From an uncultured Candidatus Saccharibacteria bacterium (GTDB lineage: Bacteria; Patescibacteriota; CALEFQ01): 41,238 nt of DNA. Shown piece by piece: positions 6,796-14,902 of the stretch. The stretch covers positions 1 to 41,238 of the forward strand of contig CAYMJO010000002.1 of the NCBI GenBank assembly GCA_964391305.1, given 5' to 3'. The notes under the pieces are model-generated. The model was not told the origin of the DNA. It saw nothing but the letters and a program-made list of their open reading frames with translations, and searched no databases. Every line of letters begins with the position of its first letter. Within the stretch, counting starts at the first letter, position 1. The position numbers and the translations under genes were made by a program.

Positions 6796-8276
6796 AGTTT
6801 GTTTAAAATCTTTTTTACAAGGGATTTGATTTCTTGAATGGAAAGTCTAGGCCTTGCTAGCTTTCCTTCTATGCTTTGCAGCTCTATCTCCTCACAGCTT
6901 ATGTTCAGCCCAAGCGTGGTTATGTTGAATTGCGCTTTGTTTTCTTCTTCATACAGCTCTGCCATGTTGAAAATGTATTCATTCGTGATCCAGCCTGCTT
7001 CGTCTATAATCGGCTTGGTGTAAGACGCAAGAACGTATTCTGCCTTGTCGAATTCTTCTTTGCTGGTTTCGTGATCCAGTCTGATGACATAAGGCGGTGT
7101 TGGGTTGAAAAAAGCATCGATATTTTCAGAAAATGTGAAAATTCCGTTGGCGGATACGAGTTCCAAGTCATTTTTTGGAACCGATATTTCCGTCCTCTCT
7201 TTTTTAAAAAATTCTGGAAAATACTGCGAAATTTCATAATTCTTCTGCGCCTCGCTGATGTTATAATTCTGATTGTCTATTTTGATTTCTTGGTATCCAT
7301 TTTCGTGAGTTGTAACCACTTTTAAATTATTGCTTAAGAGAATCAGATTAGATGGAACTAAATCTTTGCCATATTCGGGATTGTCCGCGAGAAATACCCA
7401 ATCTTTGATAACGACTTTATCCAAGTCAAAAACTATATTTTCAAGAAGCGATGCGTCTGTAACCGCCATATCTATTTTGTATAGGCCCTCTTTTAGATTG
7501 TCCAAACTCGCGTTGTAATCTTTCTCTTCAAATATATCTTTTGATAAAAGCTCCCTGTTTCTGAAATCTCTGATTTTTAAAAACTCTTTCGCATCGTCTG
7601 CTGGAGTCTTGTAGAATTTTTTTGTGAAGGAAAGATTGATGGGTCTATCTTTTACGTAGACGAAAAATATATGCCTTCCGCGCAAGGTATGGTTTATTCT
7701 GGTTTGTTTTTCCGAGGGCTTGTAATCCGGCATAAAGAGTTGTGGAGTTGGAGCGGTGTGATGGACGGCAGTTAAAGAATCCTTTGGCGGATCATTGATG
7801 AATTCTTCGATTGAAGCGTAGTTTTTATTTTTTTGAAAAAGTACAATATCTTTGTCCCTAATGTAGTCCCAATCGATTTTGTCCAGAAATCTGTGAGAAA
7901 AGAGGCGATATTTGTATTGAAAATCTTTGCCAGCGTGCGCGCCTAGAAGTATTTCCGGAGAGGAAGTGGTATTTCTTATTTTCATTTTCAGAGAAATATC
8001 TTTATACGCGAGAACGGGCAAGATTATGTCAAAATATACGTTATCATTTTTTAAGGAAAGTATAAAAATACCAGTATCGTCCAATTTTACGTCACTCACT
8101 CTGTTTTCCGGATACAAAGATGAAACAAATCCCCGTCCGTATTTTGGGGTATTGAATTTCAAAGTATCTCTCAATATCCCGGAAGGGGGAATATTACAAA
8201 ACAACAGGTATAAAATGATACCAATTGGGATTAGAATATAGATGGCAATTTTTAGCTTTTTATAAAGATCTTGCAT
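6792..8276 (-). CDS. N-terminally membrane-anchored protein with a large extracytoplasmic domain, function unknown
   Basis: 494-aa ORF with one N-terminal TM (IAIYILIPIGIILYLLF). I recognise no catalytic motif. It is transcribed opposite to the rest of the island. Confidence 0.7.
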   Translation of the reverse strand: MQDLYKKLKIAIYILIPIGIILYLLFCNIPPSGILRDTLKFNTPKYGRGFVSSLYPENRVSDVKLDDTGIFILSLKNDNVYFDIILPVLAYKDISLKMKIRNTTSSPEILLGAHAGKDFQYKYRLFSHRFLDKIDWDYIRDKDIVLFQKNKNYASIEEFINDPPKDSLTAVHHTAPTPQLFMPDYKPSEKQTRINHTLRGRHIFFVYVKDRPINLSFTKKFYKTPADDAKEFLKIRDFRNRELLSKDIFEEKDYNASLDNLKEGLYKIDMAVTDASLLENIVFDLDKVVIKDWVFLADNPEYGKDLVPSNLILLSNNLKVVTTHENGYQEIKIDNQNYNISEAQKNYEISQYFPEFFKKERTEISVPKNDLELVSANGIFTFSENIDAFFNPTPPYVIRLDHETSKEEFDKAEYVLASYTKPIIDEAGWITNEYIFNMAELYEEENKAQFNITTLGLNISCEEIELQSIEGKLARPRLSIQEIKSLVKKILNKL

Positions 8277-8304
8277 ACTTGTTGCCGCGAGCTCATTTTA
8301 TCGA

Positions 8305-8333
8305 ACTTTAGCATGAAAATACCCTTTTGACAA
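8305..8333 (-). promoter_or_regulatory. Candidate sigma70-type promoter for the minus-strand unit (TTGTCA-17 nt-TAAAGT)
   Basis: Read on the minus strand: -35 TTGTCA (8333-8328), a 17-nt spacer and -10 TAAAGT (8310-8305). The ATG at 8276 lies about 29 nt downstream of the -10. Confidence 0.35.
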
Positions 8334-8355
8334 TAGAGACTTTTAAGAGTAGAAT
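8327..8355 (+). promoter_or_regulatory. Near-consensus sigma70-type promoter for the flippase operon (TTGACA-17 nt-TAGAAT)
   Basis: TTGACA at 8327-8332, an exact 17-nt spacer and TAGAAT at 8350-8355. It lies 30-60 nt upstream of the candidate starts at 8385 and 8418. Confidence 0.5.
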
Positions 8356-8417
8356 AATTATAAATTAGTGTTATAAAAAAGCCCATGCCAATTTGGGCAA
8401 TAGTTTGGTTTATTTTT

Positions 8418-9707
8418 ATGAATTTGATTAACATTTCCCAAAATTTAAAAAAGAATGCGTTGGTGAAACATAGCGCCGTATTTTTTACAGGATCTATGAT
8501 TGCCAGCATTATGGGTTATTTGTACCATCTGGCAATGGGAAGAATGCTTGGACCATCCAATTATGCGATTGTTGTTTCTCTGCTTTCGCTATTTACACTC
8601 ATTTCCGTCCCAGCGGGCATGCTCCAGACTGTTATTGCCAAGTTTACCGCGAATGCCAAGGCGGATGAAAATTTTGACTATATTAATGTCCTGCAAAAAT
8701 ATTTCAGCAAATCGTTTTTTTACGTTGGCTGTGTGATCTTTGCGGTGCTTGCGATTTTTAGCAAACCCATTGCCGGTTTTTTGCGGATAGATTCCTATAT
8801 TCCCGTCTTGATTCTTGGTGTTGTTTTCTTCGTTGTTCTTATTGTTCCCGTTTTTCGAGGGGTTCTGCAGGGACTGCAGCGTTTCAAAGCCTTGTCATTA
8901 AGTTTGATCGCCGATGCCATGACCAAGCTTGGCTTGGGGCTTCTTCTGGTATTTATGGGTTTGCGGGTAAACGGCGCCATTACCGCAATTGCTATGAGTG
9001 CCTATGTGGGCATTCTCGTCACGATTTTTTACCTGAAGGATCTGAAAAAATTCGATAAAAAAGTCGCCATCGAAAAAAAGAAAATTTTCATATATTGTAT
9101 TCCCGTTGCTGTTATGCTTTTGACTACCGCTCTTTATTACAATATTGATATAATAATGGTAAAGCACTACTTTGATGGCACCGATGCCGGACATTACTCG
9201 GCCTTGAGCATGCTTGGCAAAATAATCGTTTTTGGAACAATGAGCATTGTCGGAGTCATGTTTCCAATGGTTGCCGAGGCTTTCAGGAAGGGTGAGAATT
9301 ACAGTAAATTCCTCTGGCAGTCTGTCGGTATAGTGGCTCTCTTATCCGGCATTGGAATAGCGGCGTACTTTATTTTTCCCCATTTCATTATAGGGCTTCT
9401 TTATGGAAAAGAATATCAAGTCGTTGCGCCTTATCTCGGGTATGTCGGAATTTTTATGGGATTATACGCGATCGTGAATATATTTGCTCAATTTTTCATA
9501 TCAATCCAAAAATATACGCCACTTATTTTGCTTGTCATTGCCTCGATTTTACAAATAGTTGCTTTGATGATCTTCCACAGTTCCATAAAGGAAGTGATCG
9601 TTGTTATGAATATAGTTATGGTTTCTCTGCTTGTGGCATTTTTAGTTTATTATTTATTTACAAAATCATCGTATAATCCCCAAAATTTAAATGAATTCAA
9701 AAAGTAA
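8418..9707 (+). CDS. Polysaccharide/oligosaccharide flippase (Wzx-like, MOP superfamily)
   Basis: Highly hydrophobic protein with about 12 or more predicted TM segments. The N-terminus (LKKNALVKHSAVFFTGSMIASIMGYLYHLAMGRMLGP) is typical of polysaccharide biosynthesis flippases. An alternative start is at 8385. Confidence 0.75.
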   Translation: MNLINISQNLKKNALVKHSAVFFTGSMIASIMGYLYHLAMGRMLGPSNYAIVVSLLSLFTLISVPAGMLQTVIAKFTANAKADENFDYINVLQKYFSKSFFYVGCVIFAVLAIFSKPIAGFLRIDSYIPVLILGVVFFVVLIVPVFRGVLQGLQRFKALSLSLIADAMTKLGLGLLLVFMGLRVNGAITAIAMSAYVGILVTIFYLKDLKKFDKKVAIEKKKIFIYCIPVAVMLLTTALYYNIDIIMVKHYFDGTDAGHYSALSMLGKIIVFGTMSIVGVMFPMVAEAFRKGENYSKFLWQSVGIVALLSGIGIAAYFIFPHFIIGLLYGKEYQVVAPYLGYVGIFMGLYAIVNIFAQFFISIQKYTPLILLVIASILQIVALMIFHSSIKEVIVVMNIVMVSLLVAFLVYYLFTKSSYNPQNLNEFKK

Positions 9708-10464
9708 AAAAATATCCGTCATCGTTCCAGCTTTCAATGAAGGACCAAGTATCCAGAAAACTTTGAAAGTGCTTACGAATTATCTTTGTAAAAAAGACTT
9801 CGAGTCTGAAGTTATTATAGTAAATGACGGGAGCAAAGATGACACGGTCGTAAAAGCAAAGAAGTTTCAATGTACGAATGTCAGGGTTGTAACCTATGGA
9901 ATGAACATGGGAAAAGGCTTTGCTTTGCGTACGGGATTCGAGCATTCGACTGGAGACATAATAGCATTTTTCGATGCTGGGCTTGATTACGATCCAAGTC
10001 ATATAGACTTTTTCTTGAAATACATGGAAAAGTACGACGCGGATGTGGTCATCGGCAGCAAGAGACACCCGCAATCGAAAGTTAATTATCCCCTGAAACG
10101 CAAAATTATAAGCTCTTTCGCGCAGTTAATAGTAAAAATACTGTTTAATTTGAATATTAGAGATACACAAGCCGGTTTGAAAGTTTTTAAAAGAGAAGTG
10201 TTGGAAAAAGTTGTTCCAAGAGCACTGGTCCGTAGATACATGATAGACGTCGAACTTTTATCTATAGCACATTACTACGGTTTTAAAATAATTGAAGCGC
10301 CCATAGAATTAAACTTCAATTTTAAGACCACATCCGTAACCGCTAAGGCTCTTTGGTGGTGCGGTATAGATGTTTTATCAATTTTTTATAGATTAAGAAT
10401 TTTGAAATTTTATCAAAAATCTGAAAAAGAAAGAGAGAGGATTCTAAGAAAACGCAGAAAGTAA
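9691..10464 (+). CDS. GT2 glycosyltransferase, DPM1/GtrB-like (candidate polyprenyl-phosphate sugar synthase)
   Basis: Motifs: ISVIVPAFNEG, VIIVNDGSKDDT and FFDAGLDYDP (DxD-like). The small size (257 aa) is typical of polyprenol-phosphate glycosyltransferases. It overlaps the flippase gene end by 17 nt. Confidence 0.8.
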   Translation: MNSKSKKISVIVPAFNEGPSIQKTLKVLTNYLCKKDFESEVIIVNDGSKDDTVVKAKKFQCTNVRVVTYGMNMGKGFALRTGFEHSTGDIIAFFDAGLDYDPSHIDFFLKYMEKYDADVVIGSKRHPQSKVNYPLKRKIISSFAQLIVKILFNLNIRDTQAGLKVFKREVLEKVVPRALVRRYMIDVELLSIAHYYGFKIIEAPIELNFNFKTTSVTAKALWWCGIDVLSIFYRLRILKFYQKSEKERERILRKRRK

Positions 10465-10521
10465 TCGTGCGGGAACTCGAAATATTCAAGAGGATAAAGT
10501 ATTTCAAACATTTTAAAAAAA

Positions 10522-11580
10522 ATGCAGCCAAAAGTATCAATTATAATTCCAATCATAGAAATCAACGATTATATCCGAGAGTCCATTCCAAAAATTTTGG
10601 AAATGGATTATGAAAATTTCGAGATCATAGTGCATGTTGACAAGCCAACGAAAGAAAGCTGGTCAAAGACAAGGATTATTGTCGGAGAGAGAAAGAACGA
10701 GACGCCTCCGGTGAAGAGGGATCTGGCAGTAAAAGCGGCAGACGGTGAGATAATCGCGTTTCTTGATGATGACGCGTATCCGAGAAGAGACTGGCTAAAG
10801 AACGCGGTGAGACATTTCGAGCATAACGAAGTCGGCGCCGTTTATGGTCCAGGAGTTACGCCCAAGGACGATGGCGTTCGCGCCAAAGTTTCAGGAGAGA
10901 TCCTTTCATCTCCGTTGACTTCATGGAAATATGTTTATCGATATCTTCCGGCAGGAAAGTTTTTCAGAGAAAAAAAACTTCTGAATTGCAAAGATTGCAG
11001 TATGGAAAAGAACTGCGAAGCCAAAGAGAAAATTTTTACAGTTGATGACGCTCCTTCTGTAAATCTTCTGATAAAGAAAAAGATTTTTGAAAAAGCTGGA
11101 GGATTTAATACGAAATACTATCCGGGCGAAGATACAAAACTCTGTCTAGATATTGTCGATAAACAGAAGAAGAAAATAGTTTACGATCCCGATGTTTTTG
11201 TCTGGCATCACAGGAGAAATTCTTTTTACAAACATTTTCAGCAAAACGTAAGATACGCGATGCATAGGGGGTTCTTCGCGAAGAAATATCCCAAGACATC
11301 TTTGCGATGGCAGTATTTCATTCCTACTATTTTTGGGGCTTTTTTGGCTTTATCGGTCCTAGTTTTAATATTCCAGCCTTTTGATTCGTATTTGCGATGG
11401 TTTGTTATGATGATTTTACTTTTATATGTTTTGTTATTGATCTATTTCGGTCTAATCAGCGCTATGCGTCAAAAAAATATACTCATAGGTTTAATAGTTA
11501 TACCCGGAATTTTTTTTACGCATCTTGTTTACGGCGTTGGAGTCGTGATCGGACTTTTTAAGAAAGATTTAAGAAGATAA
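10522..11580 (+). CDS. GT2 glycosyltransferase with C-terminal TM segments
   Basis: Motifs: VSIIIPIIE, FLDDDAYP (DxD) and WHHRR. The C-terminal stretch ~280-345 is hydrophobic. Confidence 0.8.
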   Translation: MQPKVSIIIPIIEINDYIRESIPKILEMDYENFEIIVHVDKPTKESWSKTRIIVGERKNETPPVKRDLAVKAADGEIIAFLDDDAYPRRDWLKNAVRHFEHNEVGAVYGPGVTPKDDGVRAKVSGEILSSPLTSWKYVYRYLPAGKFFREKKLLNCKDCSMEKNCEAKEKIFTVDDAPSVNLLIKKKIFEKAGGFNTKYYPGEDTKLCLDIVDKQKKKIVYDPDVFVWHHRRNSFYKHFQQNVRYAMHRGFFAKKYPKTSLRWQYFIPTIFGAFLALSVLVLIFQPFDSYLRWFVMMILLLYVLLLIYFGLISAMRQKNILIGLIVIPGIFFTHLVYGVGVVIGLFKKDLRR

Positions 11581-11590
11581 CAACAAAAAT

Positions 11591-12706
11591 ATGAAAATCC
11601 TAGTTACAGGCGGAGCCGGTTTTATCGGTTCCTACATAGTAGATAAGCTGATAGACAAAGGATACGATGTCCGTATTCTTGACAATTTGAATGAACAAGT
11701 GCATCCGGATGGCAAATTGCCGGATTATTTGAATAAAAAAGCAGAGTTTATCAAGGGCGATGTTACGAACAAGAAAGATTTGGCAAAAGCGCTTGACGGA
11801 GTTGATGCCATATTCCATGAAGCCGCTTCTGTTGGCGTCGGTCAGAGCATGTACGAGATAGAAAATTACACAAAAAATAACTCGCTTGGCACCGCGGCTC
11901 TCTTGGATATGATCGTGAATAAATTTAAAAATAAAATTAAAAAGATTCTCGTCGCCGCGTCCATGAGCTCTTATGGAGAAGGGCTTTACAAATGCTCAAA
12001 ATGCGGCGTTGTTCAGCCTAAATTGCGTCCAGTTTCACAAATGGAGAAGCATGATTGGGAACCCAAATGTCCCAAATGCGGCAAGGAACTTTGGGCAATT
12101 CCCACATCGGAAGACGCGAAACAGAATTGCAATTCGGTTTACGCGATAAACAAGATGGATCAAGAACAGCTTGTTCTCGTTACGTGCGGCGCGTATGATA
12201 TTCCCGCGGTTGCGCTTCGGTACTTCAATGTTTATGGACCGAGGCAAAGTTTGTCCAATCCATATACCGGAGTAGCGGCAATATTTATGAGCAGAATCAA
12301 AAATGGCAATCGTCCTGTAGTTTATGAGGATGGACTGCAGACTCGAGATCTTATTTCAGTACATGATGTCGCGGATGCTAATGTCATGGCGTTTGAAAAT
12401 GAGAACGCGAATGGGCAAGTTTTCAACGTTGGCACGGAAAATCCGCTTCCCATAAAATCTATCGCAGAAAATATCGCGAAAATGTGTGACGCAGACATAG
12501 AGCCTCAAATCAATGAAGAGTTTCGGAAAGGCGATGTGAGGCATTGTTATGCCGATATTTCCAAAATAAAAAAAGCCATAGCGTTTAAGCCAAAGGTCGG
12601 CTTTGAGGACGGCATGAAAGAACTCATCGAGTGGTCAAAAACCGCGGAATCTGAAGATAAGTTTGAAAAAGCAAACAAAGAACTGAAATCTAAGGGATTA
12701 ACTTGA
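11591..12706 (+). CDS. NAD-dependent sugar-nucleotide epimerase/dehydratase (extended SDR) with an inserted CxxC...CxxC zinc ribbon
   Basis: Motifs: GGAGFIGS and YAINKMDQE (Y-x3-K). The insert is YKCSKCGVVQPKLRPVSQMEKHDWEPKCPKCGKELW, encoded by nt 11993-12079. Confidence 0.85.
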   Translation: MKILVTGGAGFIGSYIVDKLIDKGYDVRILDNLNEQVHPDGKLPDYLNKKAEFIKGDVTNKKDLAKALDGVDAIFHEAASVGVGQSMYEIENYTKNNSLGTAALLDMIVNKFKNKIKKILVAASMSSYGEGLYKCSKCGVVQPKLRPVSQMEKHDWEPKCPKCGKELWAIPTSEDAKQNCNSVYAINKMDQEQLVLVTCGAYDIPAVALRYFNVYGPRQSLSNPYTGVAAIFMSRIKNGNRPVVYEDGLQTRDLISVHDVADANVMAFENENANGQVFNVGTENPLPIKSIAENIAKMCDADIEPQINEEFRKGDVRHCYADISKIKKAIAFKPKVGFEDGMKELIEWSKTAESEDKFEKANKELKSKGLT

Positions 12707-12730
12707 TCAATATTAAACACTAAATAAAAC

Positions 12731-14221
12731 ATGAAGATATTTATTTCATATCCTCCATACAGATCAGCAAAAGGAATTCCGTGTCTCACGCAAAATCGGC
12801 AATTCCAATGGTTCAACAATCCTTCTTATATTCCTCCCGTTGTGCCGATGACCGCGGCGACAATGCTCGCGAAAGCGGGACACAAAGTTTTTTGGAATGA
12901 CGCAATCGCGCAAGAATGGACTTACGAGCGTTTTTTGAATTTTTTAAAGAAAGAAAAGCCGGATTTGTGGGTGACTGAAGTCAAAACGCCTGTTGTAAAA
13001 CTATGTTGGAAAATAATAGATGAAATTAAAAAAGTCTCTCCGGACACGAAAATTGTCATGATGGGCGATCATATCACCGCGATGCCCGAAGAAACTTTTG
13101 AAAACAGTAAAACAGATTTTGCCATTATCGGCGGAGATTATGATTTTTTATTAAAAAATCTCGTTGAAAATTTTAAAAATGGAAAGATTGCCCAAGAAAA
13201 ACTTTCGACTTGCATAATGTGCAGAGAAAATGGGGAATTAAAAAAAGGCAAAACACAATTGAAATACAATCTTAATGACGCGCCTTTCATAGATAGAGAT
13301 CTGACAAAATGGAAACTCTACCAACAGCATTGGTTCAGAAGAACGCCCGGCACATACATCATGTCCGCGAGAGACTGCTGGTGGGGAAAATGTACTTTTT
13401 GCGCGTGGACGACCTTGTATCCGCAGTATAGAGTCAGAACGCCCGAGAATGTTTTGGCTGAAATCGGAGAACTTATAGAGAAGTACAAAGTTAGAGAGAT
13501 TATGGATGACTCTGGGACGATTCCCGTCGGCAATTGGCTTAGAGAATTTTGCAATGGAATGATTGAAAGGGGATACAATAAAAAAGTAAAAATGAACTGC
13601 AACCTGCGCGCGGGAGCTATTAAATCCCAAAAAGATTATGATTTAATGGCCAAAGCAGGTTTTAAACTGCTTTTGTATGGAGTTGAATCTGTCAACAATG
13701 AAACTTTGAAAAAAATAAATAAGGGCAGAAGTAATCCTTACGACATTGTCGAAGATTGTAAAATGGCGAAAAAAGCGGGATTGAAGCCGCACTTGACCGT
13801 TATGATGGGCTATCCATGGGAAACCAAAAAGGACGCGGAAAAAACATTCACATTTATAAAAGATCTTTTGGTAAAAGGCTTGGCTGATTCATTGCAAGCT
13901 ACGATTGTCGTTCCGTATCCGGGGACTCCTTTGTTTGATGAATGCAAAGAAAAAGGCTTGCTTGCAACGGAAGATTGGAATAGATATGATATGCGCGAAT
14001 CAGTCATGAAATCAGAATTAAAACAAGAAGAAATTATGCAATTTACATACGATATGTATGCAAGTATAGCAAGAAATCCCGTATTTTTATATCATCAGTT
14101 TCTTTCAATAAAAGACATCTACGATTTTTTATATATAGTAAAAGCTGCTCGTCAAGTTCTCTTCGGAAAATTCAAAGATTTTGGAAAAGAAAATACAGAG
14201 AAAAAGTGCGACAATTGCTGA
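12731..14221 (+). CDS. B12-binding-domain radical SAM enzyme (class B) with a Cx4Cx2C cluster motif
   Basis: The N-terminal Rossmann-like segment is DLWVTEVKTPV...KIVMMGDHITAMP. The Cys triad is CWWGKCTFC (C216, C221, C224). The downstream TIM-barrel region is radical SAM-like. Confidence 0.75.
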   Translation: MKIFISYPPYRSAKGIPCLTQNRQFQWFNNPSYIPPVVPMTAATMLAKAGHKVFWNDAIAQEWTYERFLNFLKKEKPDLWVTEVKTPVVKLCWKIIDEIKKVSPDTKIVMMGDHITAMPEETFENSKTDFAIIGGDYDFLLKNLVENFKNGKIAQEKLSTCIMCRENGELKKGKTQLKYNLNDAPFIDRDLTKWKLYQQHWFRRTPGTYIMSARDCWWGKCTFCAWTTLYPQYRVRTPENVLAEIGELIEKYKVREIMDDSGTIPVGNWLREFCNGMIERGYNKKVKMNCNLRAGAIKSQKDYDLMAKAGFKLLLYGVESVNNETLKKINKGRSNPYDIVEDCKMAKKAGLKPHLTVMMGYPWETKKDAEKTFTFIKDLLVKGLADSLQATIVVPYPGTPLFDECKEKGLLATEDWNRYDMRESVMKSELKQEEIMQFTYDMYASIARNPVFLYHQFLSIKDIYDFLYIVKAARQVLFGKFKDFGKENTEKKCDNC

Positions 14222-14275
14222 AAGCAGAAATTCCCAATATGGTAATGGCAAAAAGTAACGCAGATTTTTAGAAGA

Positions 14276-14383
14276 ATCTATAGATGAACTCATTTAGAAT
14301 TTTTATCTTTTAGCCAAAAAAAAATTATTTTCTTGGCTAAAGTATAAGAAAAATAGAGAAAACTTTAAATGAGTTCTATAGAT
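14276..14383. repeat. 108-nt nested imperfect palindrome spanning the start codon of the next gene
   Basis: The basal stem pairs 14276-14284 and 14288-14296 with 14366-14383 (18 bp, 3-nt bulge). The apical stem pairs 14309-14317 with 14333-14341 (TTTAGCCAA / TTGGCTAAA). The ATG at 14369 lies in the 3' arm. Confidence 0.65.
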
Positions 14384-14827
14384 TTTTATACATTAGTAAT
14401 AAATGAAGCTTTCCATCTGGCGATTGTCGGTGTAATTTCAGTTTTTATTTACTGTAAATATAAAAAATGGTGGCTGATTCCGCTTGTTCTGTTTTTTGGA
14501 TTTTTCATTGACATTGACCATGGGCTGGATTACTGGCTGGTAACCGGAGTGAATCTGGATGTGGATAAATTCTGGAACATGGATTTTTATTGTATTCCTG
14601 GCGCCTTTCATATATTTTTGCATTCTCCTGAATTTTTGGTCATTCCATGGCTTTTTAAAACTCTTCGAAAAAATGGAATCGCGCCCGCGATCACGCTGGG
14701 AATGGGCGGCCATTTAGTTTTTGATATGGTGTCAAACGGAATTTATTGGTATAGCTACTTTTTTTCATATAGAGCATTCATAGGTTTTGATCTCAATCAG
14801 TTGCTCACGCATGCGTGCGGAGGCTAA
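14369..14827 (+). CDS. Small polytopic membrane protein, possibly a YdjM/DUF457-like metal-dependent hydrolase
   Basis: About four hydrophobic segments. The His/Asp motifs DIDHGLDYW, HIFLHSPE and GGHLVFD recall the membrane-bound hydrolase family; this is recall only. It is flanked by intergenic gaps on both sides. Confidence 0.5.
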   Translation: MSSIDFYTLVINEAFHLAIVGVISVFIYCKYKKWWLIPLVLFFGFFIDIDHGLDYWLVTGVNLDVDKFWNMDFYCIPGAFHIFLHSPEFLVIPWLFKTLRKNGIAPAITLGMGGHLVFDMVSNGIYWYSYFFSYRAFIGFDLNQLLTHACGG

Positions 14828-14902
14828 ACAATAAATTCAGCAAATGAACAATTCCTGTCAGATTTTTTCTTTTTTTAAAAACTGAAGTAATTCTAAAAAT
14901 AA

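Noticed and set aside
8385-8417. Upstream ATG at 8385 as the flippase start
   Set aside because: Not excluded. However, the extra 11 residues (MPIWAIVWFIF) lie only ~30 nt from the -10 box, and the ATG at 8418 gives a typical flippase N-terminus. I keep it as an alternative.
10987-11015. Cys-containing insertion (CKDCSMEKNC) in the GT2 at 10522-11580, considered as a metal site
   Set aside because: There are only three Cys and no recognisable ribbon or cluster pattern. The evidence is insufficient.
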